Source: Nitrososphaeraceae archaeon (GTDB lineage: Archaea > Thermoproteota > Nitrososphaeria > Nitrososphaerales > Nitrososphaeraceae). Taken from it: a stretch of 41,367 nt of DNA. Both the position numbers and the translations under genes were made by a program. The notes beneath the pieces are model-generated. The model was not told the DNA's origin. It made no database searches and was given only the letters and a program-made list of their open reading frames with translations. The DNA is taken from contig JAICQW010000001.1 of assembly GCA_025937665.1 (NCBI GenBank), positions 1 through 41,367 on the forward strand. Direction: 5' to 3'. Shown here in pieces: positions 29,952 through 39,432 of this stretch. Position 1 is the stretch's first letter; each line of letters starts with the position of its first letter.

Positions 29952-30323
29952 ATGAATACCAAAAATTGTGATCATAACGATTTTTCAAATAATGAGCGGA
30001 ATAAAAATAAATATGATACGCTAGAAGATGGAACGGCAGCTTTTATGAAATGGATGGGTTCCTCCGATGAGAAGTCACTTACTTCCAAAAATCCAATAGT
30101 ATTAATAAAACTTGGAAATAGCGACAATACACTACTTTATGATACCCGCATGTCAATGCCAGTACAAGTTAAATTGTTAGAAGGGGCATTGTTCTGTGAA
30201 TCCTGTAAATCTGATGAGTGCGCGCACGTTGGGTTTACTATACGCTTAAACCAGCTTGTTAATCGTGGACACAACAACGAGAAAACGATAAACGATGTTA
30301 TAGATGATGGGATCGGAAATTAG
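29952..30323 (+). CDS. Hypothetical protein with SWIM-like zinc motif
   Basis: LFCESCKSDECAHVGF. Confidence 0.6.
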   Translation: MNTKNCDHNDFSNNERNKNKYDTLEDGTAAFMKWMGSSDEKSLTSKNPIVLIKLGNSDNTLLYDTRMSMPVQVKLLEGALFCESCKSDECAHVGFTIRLNQLVNRGHNNEKTINDVIDDGIGN

Positions 30324-30720
30324 AGCCTAATGAACTACCTTGATGATGATGTAAAGTAAAATGAAGGGACTAAACGACAGTATTAACCGAATAACGTTTC
30401 TGATTATTGTTTACACTAGTTCCTATTTTCATATGGTTACCGCTGACAGTAACCTAATGATCTCTTGTACATACAACCTATCGAAATCGGCTCCACAGAA
30501 TAGAACTTAACAATATGTTAAATTCATGATATTTTAAAACAAAGTGCGTTACTTTTTATGAATATCCACATTCATTTAGGCCTCCAATTACCAACGCTGA
30601 TTATTACTTTTATAAGGCGTAGAACGTAAGTACGAAAAACGTAGGTGTTGAATATTATATCAAACATGGAAACATAACAAGGTACACTTAAATTAAGAAT
30701 ATTAATAAATAACAGATGAT

Positions 30721-31461
30721 TTGTTTCCTGCAGCTGCTGGTTATGATAGAGCAACAACATTGTTCTCTCCTGACGGTAGACTGTACCAGGTAGAGTATGC
30801 TATTGAAACAGTAAAAAGAGGAAGCTTGGCTGTCGGAATCAAGGGTAAAGATAGTATTATACTGGCCGCGGAGGAAAAAGCTAGAAAACTACAGGTTTTT
30901 GATTCTAGTCAAAAAATATTTCAAATTGACGATCACATAGGAGTTGCAGCAGCAGGATATATTCCAGATGCTAGAGTTCAAGTTGATAACGCAAGATTTT
31001 TCGCTCAAAGCAATAGACTGATTTATGATGAACCAGTAGATGTTGAAGGAGTTGCAAAGAATCTCGCAGATATGGCGCAGCAATTCACCCAGTTTGCTGG
31101 AGCAAGACCTTATGCTGTTGCGTTGATTCTCGCAGGAATCGACAAAAGCGGCGCATGGCTGTTTCAAACTGATCCTAGCGGAACTTTTATTGCTTATGAT
31201 GCAGTAGCTATTGGAAACAACAGCGATAAAGTAAATGAATTCCTAGAAAAAAAATATCACGGTAATTTGAGCATAGATGAAGCAAGTATTCTCGCGCTGG
31301 ATTCAATTAATTTAATTAGCGAAGAGAAAACAGGAGCTAGTAACCTAAGGATGGCCCAAATTGACACGAAAACAAAGAGAATTAAATTTTTAGAAAATAA
31401 TGATATCGAAAACTATGCTTCAAAATCCAGAGAAAATGCCAGTAAGAGGACAGGAAAATAG
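30721..31461 (+). CDS. psmA: 20S proteasome alpha subunit
   Basis: GYDR..TLFSPDGRLYQVEYA, KIFQIDDHIG, TQFAGARPY, LFQTDPSG; TTG start. Confidence 0.95.
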   Translation: MFPAAAGYDRATTLFSPDGRLYQVEYAIETVKRGSLAVGIKGKDSIILAAEEKARKLQVFDSSQKIFQIDDHIGVAAAGYIPDARVQVDNARFFAQSNRLIYDEPVDVEGVAKNLADMAQQFTQFAGARPYAVALILAGIDKSGAWLFQTDPSGTFIAYDAVAIGNNSDKVNEFLEKKYHGNLSIDEASILALDSINLISEEKTGASNLRMAQIDTKTKRIKFLENNDIENYASKSRENASKRTGK

Positions 31462-31747
31462 GTCAGGTTATCGACAGTTTTTACTTCCCACCTTTCTTGA
31501 GTCGTTGTGATTTGCGCTTGCGTGATATCAATACATCCAAAATTCTGAGCTGTCATTAACGTATAGTATCTAGCCGCGTCTCAATATTGGAACCGACAAT
31601 AAGTGAACGAGAGGTTCAGGGAATTTAATTTAAATACATTTTCGTCATTTGGAACTAGCATATTATGTAAGGTAAAGTTATTATCCTATCTCCACCCGAT
31701 AAGTAAGAATTAATATCAGAAAACAGAAGCCAAGAATTTTATATGAA

Positions 31748-32161
31748 TTGCAACGCATAATTATATGGCAGTATTTGAAAAGTGATAATAATTCCGTCGA
31801 TGTAGTAACGACCTGGTCTGTCGAATCTAAGTTATCACATCAGGAATTTGAAGAATATTCTCCTGCCCTTTCTATGTTTAACAAAAAATCTAAAGAGGGA
31901 ATACAGGTCATTTTATATGAAATAAGAAGAAATCGTTTAGATGGGTTAACCTTAAAGAGAACTCCCTTACTCAATTCCAAAAAATTCAAAACCAAGTCAA
32001 CTTTACTTAGAAAAATTATCCAAAATAAATCGAAAGAGAATTCTGATAATAATTCAAAGAGGAAAAAAGGATTAAATGCATATAGACGGATTTTTCTTCT
32101 TATCGCAGTTTTCCTAGCCTTTCTTACTATAATGTTCATTATGAATAGTATTGGTGGATGA
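31748..32161 (+). CDS. Basic hypothetical protein with C-terminal TM helix
   Basis: Lys-rich segment followed by a hydrophobic tail; start uncertain. Confidence 0.4.
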   Translation: MQRIIIWQYLKSDNNSVDVVTTWSVESKLSHQEFEEYSPALSMFNKKSKEGIQVILYEIRRNRLDGLTLKRTPLLNSKKFKTKSTLLRKIIQNKSKENSDNNSKRKKGLNAYRRIFLLIAVFLAFLTIMFIMNSIGG

Positions 32162-32392
32162 TGAGGACATGTGAGCGCTTCTATATACGATATTGTTATC
32201 ATGCAATTACGTTTGCATTCTAGTTGATGTTGAAGAAAAAAGTAGCATATCGGACATAAAAAATGAGGCTGCCGAAACCAAACACACTTTTGATTTACGC
32301 TGCCATTGTTCTACTTGCGTTAGCATTGCTAGGACTATTCTATCGCTAAGGAAAAAATTGTATGTGGGAAGATTATAATATGCAATAATCAA

Positions 32393-32791
32393 TCATGGGC
32401 CAGTCGGCACTTGAATAATCTCTAATGTTGCTGATCCATTATTATCAATTGCCTCCACACTAAAAACATAAGTAACGTTCTGTGTCGGAGTAAATGACAT
32501 TGATCGTTTGTCCTGTGAAATATTCATATCGATAGGGCCATATTCACTTTCTTGATTCCATATGATTAAAGTTACGTTGCCATCCGGATCCGAAATCGAT
32601 GTATTTATTATAAGACGTTGGTTAACTTGACCTTCTATTGGTGATTTAACAGTTATAACAGGTGATATGTTTTCCTGATGATTCGACTGAGCAAAAGTCA
32701 ATGGACTCAGACCTGAAAATATTGTTACAATAATTATTGAAGCCATAATAAGAATTTGAGCGGGTAACTTGGCAATACCACGATTCGTCAT
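32393..32791 (-). CDS. Secreted single PKD/Ig-like domain protein
   Basis: Signal peptide; N.SPVI, SDPDGNV...WNQ, YVFSVEAIDNNG. Confidence 0.75.
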   Translation of the reverse strand: MTNRGIAKLPAQILIMASIIIVTIFSGLSPLTFAQSNHQENISPVITVKSPIEGQVNQRLIINTSISDPDGNVTLIIWNQESEYGPIDMNISQDKRSMSFTPTQNVTYVFSVEAIDNNGSATLEIIQVPTGP

Positions 32792-32836
32792 TATCTACAC
32801 CTCCGAAAGCATCTTATTATTCATTACTGCGATTCC

Positions 32837-32890
32837 ATCTACTAGCAGAAGATAAAAACTAAAATCTACTAGCAGAAGATAAAAACTAAA
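32837..32890. repeat. Perfect 27-bp tandem duplication
   Basis: atctactagcagaagataaaaactaaa x2 (32837-32863 and 32864-32890). Confidence 0.95.
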
Positions 32891-32986
32891 AGATAGTAAA
32901 ATGTTAGACTAAAATGACTTCAAAGTCTGTTCTCTAATCCAATTAAATAATAATTTTCTGAGTAGTCAAACCAACTAATTATATAC

Positions 32987-33802
32987 TTGAATTTCGTGAA
33001 AATAGGAGCAATGACTAATCATGGGACAAAAACCAAAGTGCCAGGTTTACTTCTTTTGATACCCATATTCTTTATGATTCTCTATTTGAGTTTCATCCAT
33101 TCTAATGAGGTATTTGCTGCAGGAAAGTTTTCAGTGGAGGCAAAAATAGACCTAAAAAGCCTCGACCATCCTGATAAACTGAAGGTTGTTATCTCTGCCA
33201 ACGGAGAGACTGGAACCAAGTATTTGATTGGTAACGATTTGAACTCAAATAGCGCCACTGTGTCTTTTGAATTCAATGAAAAGAACAACATCGTTAAGGT
33301 CGGCAGCAGAGATGAGTACTTTGTATGCGCTTATGCTCTCGATCCTATAACAAATCAAATGCAATCTTTTTCTTGTGTAGAAGGTAACATTGAGCATTCG
33401 GATGGGAAAAATAAAATCAACATAGGCGCAGGGACTAAAAAAACATTGTCAACCGGCACATTCCAAGCTGTCAGCGGTGGTGAAATAAACAGTCCTACTA
33501 TTAATGTCCGGATACCATTATCCGATAGAAAAGATGTAACGCAACTTAAGGTTGTTACAATGATTAAAGGAGAATTTGAATCAAGCATAATCAATGCTCA
33601 AGAGTTATTAAAAAACTCCAAAGACTACACCATAAGTCTACCCTTAGTATTTGATAAAATTCCTGAAATTGGCGCTATCCAGGAAGGTGACATGTTTTTT
33701 GCATGTGTCTCTGCTGATGACTTGAATCCTCCAGAAGGAACTGAATGTGAACATAGGGTGACTTCTCATACATTTCGCGTTCATAACATAGTTGCGAGAT
33801 AA
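32987..33802 (+). CDS. Secreted hypothetical protein with two internally repeated beta domains
   Basis: LKVV...F.....(V/I)...D.(Y/F)F(V/A)C....C.E pattern occurs twice. Confidence 0.7.
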   Translation: MNFVKIGAMTNHGTKTKVPGLLLLIPIFFMILYLSFIHSNEVFAAGKFSVEAKIDLKSLDHPDKLKVVISANGETGTKYLIGNDLNSNSATVSFEFNEKNNIVKVGSRDEYFVCAYALDPITNQMQSFSCVEGNIEHSDGKNKINIGAGTKKTLSTGTFQAVSGGEINSPTINVRIPLSDRKDVTQLKVVTMIKGEFESSIINAQELLKNSKDYTISLPLVFDKIPEIGAIQEGDMFFACVSADDLNPPEGTECEHRVTSHTFRVHNIVAR

Positions 33803-34097
33803 AAAATATCTATTGATATTGATATTCCTGCAATCATTAATGATTGAGTGCCTAGAAGTATATCTTAGCAAAAGTAGAAAATTTTTAATCTTTGGTCAAT
33901 GTATGCGTTGATACTTAGCCGATGGTGGGAGCAAATGTTTTCTTCATACAAGCTCAGATTCATTTTTCTCCCATCGGCCGATATTATTAATGCAGAAGAA
34001 CAGGAAAAGCCCTGTATATGGTATAGAAATTTTTTTCTCTATTGCAATTAACCAGTTTTTATTTTCCGTCTACACTCTTATTAATTTCGCATAAAGA

Positions 34098-34684
34098 TTC
34101 TTCTTCAGTTCCAGCATATACAGTTACCTTTGCTGAGATAGTGCAACCATTTTTTTTCAATTGGTTTTATATCCTTCCAATGCAAATAATCCCATGCTCC
34201 CAGCCTAATTCCAGAAGAGGCCATAGTACATACAATTGCTCATTCTTCTATCAGGATATTCAATCATTTTTTGAATTTCTTCTAGGGTTGGCGCCCTATC
34301 GTCTGCATATCTTCTAACTTTTGGTAACCCTCGCGTTATTCTTTCCATGAAATTGGAATGTCAGACATATCACAGAATAACTTGATCGCTTTTACAAAAT
34401 TGTATAAAGTTGCTGCTGTTATTTCTTCTCTTTCGACTCGATCTTTTTGAAATTGTAGAAATTAATTATTTTACTAAATGTCAATTATTGTCTTTTATTG
34501 CAATAGCAGCGAAATGATTGCATCTATTTTCTATTCGTGAGTTAGGAAGTAACTCTATGAAATCGAAGAAAGTTCTCAGTCTTCTAAAATAGTAATCTCG
34601 CGTTATTTGTGTTCTAATCGCATATACAAATAACGAGTAGGCATCAGTGATTCCAGTTTCCTTTTGATTTTTCATAACATTCAC
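34098..34684 (-). pseudogene. Degraded and truncated tyrosine recombinase/integrase
   Basis: Across frames: AYSLFVYAIR..TRDYY.RRLRTFFDFI / FQKDRVEREEITAATLYNFVKAIKLFCDM / ITRGLP..RRYADDRAPTLEEI / TMASSGIRLGAWDYL / VYAGTEEE. Several stops and frameshifts; the C-terminal catalytic half is absent. Confidence 0.85.
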
Positions 34685-34726
34685 TTTTTATTTCAAGTGA
34701 ATCCAATTAGAGAACTACTAGGAGTA

Positions 34727-34800
34727 TGGGGCTGGTCGGATTTGAACCGACGACCTCCAGCGCCCGAGGCTGGCATCATACCAAGCTAGACGACAACCCC
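34727..34800 (-). tRNA. tRNA-Pro(CGG)
   Basis: GGGGTTG/CAGCCCC acceptor stem, CCAGC-CTCGGGC-GCTGG anticodon arm, GTCGG-TTCAAAT-CCGAC T arm; no intron and no encoded CCA. Confidence 0.97.
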
Positions 34801-34884
34801 TAACTGTTTATTTCAAAATTACCTTAATATAATATACGGTATGGGTCTTGGGTATCACACTTTATGTGTTAGCCTAATCATGTG

Positions 34885-36198
34885 TTATGAAATTTCATCT
34901 GAAAATGGAAAGTTAATTTGCTTAGTTGTACTCTTTACTATATTTTTTTGCACTAATGTTCTTGCGATATTTGCAGCAACTGGTAATGCACCGGTGGCAC
35001 CAGGAGAATTGTAATTTAATATATGTAATGAAGAATCATCTTGTACAACCAAACTCTCTGACGCAAACTCTCCATTTTTGTCAATTAATATTGTTCTAAT
35101 TCCTGCCATACCTCTTTGTTTGAAATCGTGAGGGTTTAGAGACGGCAAAAATCTCCTAACTCTATTTACCATATTTGTCTTAGAAAAAGAACTAGAGAAT
35201 TCATTTGATACTAACTGGAGGAACTGTTTACTTAGAAACAATTTCAAGACACCTACTTTGCATGACGCAAAAATTTTCGGAATGACATTCATCAAGTTAT
35301 CATACCTGGTATATGCGTATGGACCGAATACAGGGACTGCATTTGGTCCTACTTCACATCTTCCGTCACTTCTAATAATCCAATGGGGATCCAAAAAAGG
35401 ATACTCTGTATTACGTGGCACCGAATAAATACTCCTTTTGGTAAGGGCATTATATTTTTGTGGTGCTATCCAGTATTCTCCTCTGAAATGAAGATCTGTG
35501 AATTCTTTAGCGAGATTTAGATTATGGGCAATATCAAGAGAATTTCCGCCAGTTGCATTAATCACATAATCAGTAGTAATGTCTTTAACAGTACCTTTGA
35601 TTGTCATTTTTCTATTTTCATTAGTATTTGTGTTGTATCGAATTGATCTAAATTTGTTTTCAAACGATGTTTTACAACCTAACTTTATGGCATCTTCCAT
35701 CAGTTTTTGATTTATGAGGCCATAATCGGTTGAAGCATCTCTAACGCAAACAATTCCCGCCTGGCATTTTACGTTAGGCTCGATCCGCAACATTTCATGT
35801 TTGCTCAAAAATTTTACCTCCTCGTCTCTCAATCCATTCTTCTGGGCCCATTGAATATGTTTAAGCAAAGTGTCAATCTCTCTCTCATTAGTTGCAATTT
35901 CGACTACTCCGTCTTCCTTAAATGGCAAGGTATGGAATGAACAGTAACGTTTTAGCATGTCAAATCCCTTCAATGCATAGGTAGCAGTTGATGATTTTTT
36001 CTCTGGGTTATAATAAAACGGAGCATGAACTTTTCCAGTATTTCTACTACTAGTATGCATTGCAACTTTCCTTTCTTGTTCCATCACAATAATTGTAGAA
36101 TCTGTTGTAATGGAAAGAAAATAAGCAATTGCACATCCAAGTATTCCGCCACCAACAATAGAAACGTCATAACTATCTTGCAAATTGACATCACCCAC
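34885..36198 (-). CDS. FAD-dependent oxidoreductase, L-2-hydroxyglutarate oxidase (LhgO) family
   Basis: IVGGGILG, HTSSRNTG.VHA, FRGEY, PFLDPH, GPNA, SPGAT. Confidence 0.85.
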   Translation of the reverse strand: MGDVNLQDSYDVSIVGGGILGCAIAYFLSITTDSTIIVMEQERKVAMHTSSRNTGKVHAPFYYNPEKKSSTATYALKGFDMLKRYCSFHTLPFKEDGVVEIATNEREIDTLLKHIQWAQKNGLRDEEVKFLSKHEMLRIEPNVKCQAGIVCVRDASTDYGLINQKLMEDAIKLGCKTSFENKFRSIRYNTNTNENRKMTIKGTVKDITTDYVINATGGNSLDIAHNLNLAKEFTDLHFRGEYWIAPQKYNALTKRSIYSVPRNTEYPFLDPHWIIRSDGRCEVGPNAVPVFGPYAYTRYDNLMNVIPKIFASCKVGVLKLFLSKQFLQLVSNEFSSSFSKTNMVNRVRRFLPSLNPHDFKQRGMAGIRTILIDKNGEFASESLVVQDDSSLHILNYNSPGATGALPVAANIARTLVQKNIVKSTTKQINFPFSDEIS

Positions 36199-36250
36199 CG
36201 TAGTCGATCAGTTTGTTGATGGATTTTTTATTGGGACAATTCTTCATATA

Positions 36251-36829
36251 TTACTCAATTAGAATATCATTTATCTTTTCATTTTTATAATTTTGATGAA
36301 AATCTATTGATTTGTAAAAGGCAACAATCGAAGATGCATTTAATATTTTTCCCTCAAATAGTAACTTTTTAATCTCATCAATGGTTAGAATCATAGTATC
36401 TATTATTTCCATCATCCCTAACTGTTGTTTCTTTTCATCAACTAAATCATAACCGACAAATAAATTACCTGTTTGTTCAAACATGGTATAATCTAAAGTA
36501 TATGCGCCTAGGCTGATAATATTATTTGCTCTATATCCAGTTTCTTCCTTCAATTCTCGGTTAGCTGCCTCTACTGGTGTTTCGCCAGTATCAATATAGC
36601 CGGAAGGAGCTTCAATTTGGTAGGAACTGACCATGTGTCTATAGCTCTTGATTACAAGAATTTCATTGTTAGAAACAAACGGTACTATGGTGGAATAATC
36701 TTTCCTTTTTGCTCTTGTATAGATCTTTTTTTTATTCCTGATGTCTAGTACGTCCTCGTATAGCTCAATATACTTGTTGGAGTATATTTTTCGTGATGAT
36801 TCAAACTTCCAATCAGACGGTAGTTTCAT
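36251..36829 (-). CDS. NUDIX hydrolase, ADP-ribose pyrophosphatase-like
   Basis: Nudix box GYIDTGETPVEAANRELKEETGY. Confidence 0.9.
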   Translation of the reverse strand: MKLPSDWKFESSRKIYSNKYIELYEDVLDIRNKKKIYTRAKRKDYSTIVPFVSNNEILVIKSYRHMVSSYQIEAPSGYIDTGETPVEAANRELKEETGYRANNIISLGAYTLDYTMFEQTGNLFVGYDLVDEKKQQLGMMEIIDTMILTIDEIKKLLFEGKILNASSIVAFYKSIDFHQNYKNEKINDILIE

Positions 36830-36973
36830 GATATTATTCAGTAGTCTCCCATTATTTGGTTTTTGTAAATAACTCTACACTTACTCTACATTTATTAAAG
36901 GAAACATAGATTTTTTAATAATTTCTACTTAAAAATTAGATTTAGAACTTATTCTTAAACTCAAGTATTAGTA

Positions 36974-37267
36974 TCAGACTCCAGCAAGCTTGGCGTTTCC
37001 GTACAAGCATGCGCTTTTTACATCCTTAATCTCATGAGGCTTGTGTTTTCTGATTTCAACAATGTATCCACTTGTAGAATGGTAAAAGATAACCATATCA
37101 GTTGGATAGAGTGAAAGCATTGCATGATTCTCCGGATCTGATGACATGTGTCTTAGATGTATCCGTTCCCATGAGAATAACTCATCAATGTCTCCGTTAA
37201 AATGGAAATTACTACCGCATGGGCAAGTTGTATCTCTCCAATTTCCTTCGTTATTCTTAAGCCACAT
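36974..37267 (-). CDS. Hypothetical protein with CPCG...H..H motif
   Basis: ATG at 37267; TCPCG and IHLRH suggest metal binding. Confidence 0.6.
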   Translation of the reverse strand: MWLKNNEGNWRDTTCPCGSNFHFNGDIDELFSWERIHLRHMSSDPENHAMLSLYPTDMVIFYHSTSGYIVEIRKHKPHEIKDVKSACLYGNAKLAGV

Positions 37268-37373
37268 GCTCGCTCTTCTGGCAGATCGCAATACCTCAAG
37301 TGTATGACACCTTCAACATATATACTATTTCTCTTGCTAAGAATTTTGGAAATGTGGTATATACCAAATAATC

Positions 37374-39242
37374 CTAGGGTTCTTTTTTTGCCTGCCTTTG
37401 TATTATGGCATTATCAGAATCAATCCCATTCCAAATAATCTCAAATCCGATTTTAGGAAGAAGCAAAGTAATGCACTCTTCGGGAATACCATTTTTGATT
37501 AGAAAACTAAGGACATCCTGCAATTTGTTAATTTTATCAAGTTCTGGTAACAATTTGTTAATTTTGTCAATTGATACCATATAATTATCTACTACTATGA
37601 AATTGCTTAATCCGTTTGTTATCACCTTTTTTGAGCGCTCATTGTTTGTTTGAAGATCCCTTACTGTTTTCAGAACTGACCCAACCGGAATGTCATATTT
37701 ATCTGCAATTTGTTTAAGAAAGATAACCTTATGTTGATTGTCTTCAAGTATTCTTTCTATTTCTCCAGTAATTGTATCCTGGAATTTAACTGTAATATCA
37801 TCAATAATCCTAGTATCTATTTCCTTCAAATAGTTGATTATGGGACCAAACGGAATCTCATCTTTCTTATAAAAGATTAACTGTTTTTGGGCTATAAACT
37901 TTGAAAAAATTGAATCAATTCCTATCTTTTCCCCATCTTCAGAAATATAGTTATCCATGTTGACAGCTATTAGCAAATCAGTATCAGGCGCAGTAACGAT
38001 ATTAGTACTCAAATCTTTAATTTTTTCTAATTTTCGTTTCAAGTAATCATGGGTCCAGAAGCCTACAATCTCAAAATACACCCTAACTCCACCATTTTCA
38101 AAAAGAAAATCCGGGATGAATGCCTTACCATCAGATAGAATTAACGGGTCTGGTTCCCTGAATAATTTCCAATTAGTAGAAAATGTATGAAACTTATCCA
38201 TAAATTTCTTTTCAACATTACTATCAAAGTTATCATTTGCGTTATCAAATGATAGTCCAATATTAGAGTTAGTCACTGATCGAGAATGAGAATTCAGCTT
38301 AATCTGTGATGCGTCAAATATGGGGAGATTCTCATCCCCATTTGAGAGTCTAAAGTTATAGGTTTTCTTTGTTCCAGACACAGACTTTCTTAATATTGTT
38401 GCATTAATGGACCAACTTTCAGTAAATATTATTAAAGAAATAAGCTTGGCGATTGCCAAACCATATCTATCGGTTAGTCTCAATATGCTAAGCGGACCAT
38501 CCACTGTGCATATGATTTTCTTATCGTTATCGTTCCCAAATAAAATATTCTGATTTTCTGTTTGATTATCTGTTGTTGATTTAGGATTGGTTTCGCCATG
38601 CAGAAAGTACATCAGTCCAAGTTGTTTTATTTTACGCAAAATTTTCTTCCAGTTATAACCACCATAAACACTGAATTCTAATTTGACGCAATTAAGTAAT
38701 AGAGTTTGCAAAATGGAAATGTTATACCATGCAACCAATTGCAGCGAAGTCAATGAATCAAAGTTTTTCAAATATTTGTTCTTATCAAGATCATTCCACA
38801 TGGCCAGCTCCAGTTCTTCTACAGTCAGATTATTTTTTAAAGCGGTTCTTTGGAGTATATTCCTTCTCTCAATTTCAGTTACTGGATAACCACTCCGAGA
38901 AGATTCTTCGAAAATATCTCTTCTTAGATATATGGCATTAATTGTACTATCGTTATCATTATCAGTAATTGTGGCATTTGGTAGTACATATGATGAGTAC
39001 ACACATCTTTGTTCTAAAAGATGACAAATACCTCTGATAAATTTGTAGTCAGTGTGTTTGTCCTCTATTTTTGAGATACTTTCATCTACAATTGTTTTAG
39101 ACATCTTTTTCTCAGCCATTTCCTCATACATTTTGATTATTTTTGAGATCAAAGAAAGCTCATTCTCATGATTACAGAATACAGGCTTCACATGATTCAT
39201 CTTGCTTGATATGTTTACTCTCAATAACTCGATTGGCAACAT
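37374..39242 (-). CDS. DUF790 / Bax1-like PD-(D/E)xK nuclease
   Basis: MLP.ELLRV, YN.S.LQTLL, GLMY, VDGPLSI...TDRYG, FDS.VE..F, REPDPL, IPDF, YFEIVGFWT..YL.RKL.K. Confidence 0.88.
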   Translation of the reverse strand: MLPIELLRVNISSKMNHVKPVFCNHENELSLISKIIKMYEEMAEKKMSKTIVDESISKIEDKHTDYKFIRGICHLLEQRCVYSSYVLPNATITDNDNDSTINAIYLRRDIFEESSRSGYPVTEIERRNILQRTALKNNLTVEELELAMWNDLDKNKYLKNFDSLTSLQLVAWYNISILQTLLLNCVKLEFSVYGGYNWKKILRKIKQLGLMYFLHGETNPKSTTDNQTENQNILFGNDNDKKIICTVDGPLSILRLTDRYGLAIAKLISLIIFTESWSINATILRKSVSGTKKTYNFRLSNGDENLPIFDASQIKLNSHSRSVTNSNIGLSFDNANDNFDSNVEKKFMDKFHTFSTNWKLFREPDPLILSDGKAFIPDFLFENGGVRVYFEIVGFWTHDYLKRKLEKIKDLSTNIVTAPDTDLLIAVNMDNYISEDGEKIGIDSIFSKFIAQKQLIFYKKDEIPFGPIINYLKEIDTRIIDDITVKFQDTITGEIERILEDNQHKVIFLKQIADKYDIPVGSVLKTVRDLQTNNERSKKVITNGLSNFIVVDNYMVSIDKINKLLPELDKINKLQDVLSFLIKNGIPEECITLLLPKIGFEIIWNGIDSDNAIIQRQAKKEP

Positions 39243-39432
39243 TTACAATTATTACCTCATATGGTGATACATGTAGATCTTGATGGTTTCCACCTAAATA
39301 ATTTTTATTCCGTTAAGGTTTGAAATTAATCAATGGTTAATTTTAATCATATTTTGATTCTAGACTGCAGAATTTACAATGACCCACCCACTCCCCTATC
39401 AGTATCTCAAGCCTTAAATAAAATACGCCTAC

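Larger units (their letters stand above)
19176..34738. mobile_element. Putative tRNA-Pro-integrated genomic island, about 15.6 kb, probably immobilised
   Basis: Flanked by the direct 13-bp repeat of the tRNA 3' end; integrase remnant begins about 43 bp downstream of the tRNA. Confidence 0.62.

Noticed and set aside
30435-30454. GGTTAC-N8-GTAACC palindrome upstream of psmA
   Set aside because: 6-bp arms, far from the start, and no second copy noticed; chance is likely.
32193-32392. Overlapping 61-aa ORFs on both strands
   Set aside because: Neither can be supported; the plus-strand CHC..C motif is only suggestive.
32837-32890. CRISPR array
   Set aside because: Two abutting units, no spacer and no cas genes.
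34042-34317. 91-aa plus-strand ORF
   Set aside because: Antisense shadow of the integrase pseudogene.
19176-34738. Provirus or anti-phage defence island
   Set aside because: No recognisable capsid, terminase, replication, restriction-modification or toxin-antitoxin genes.
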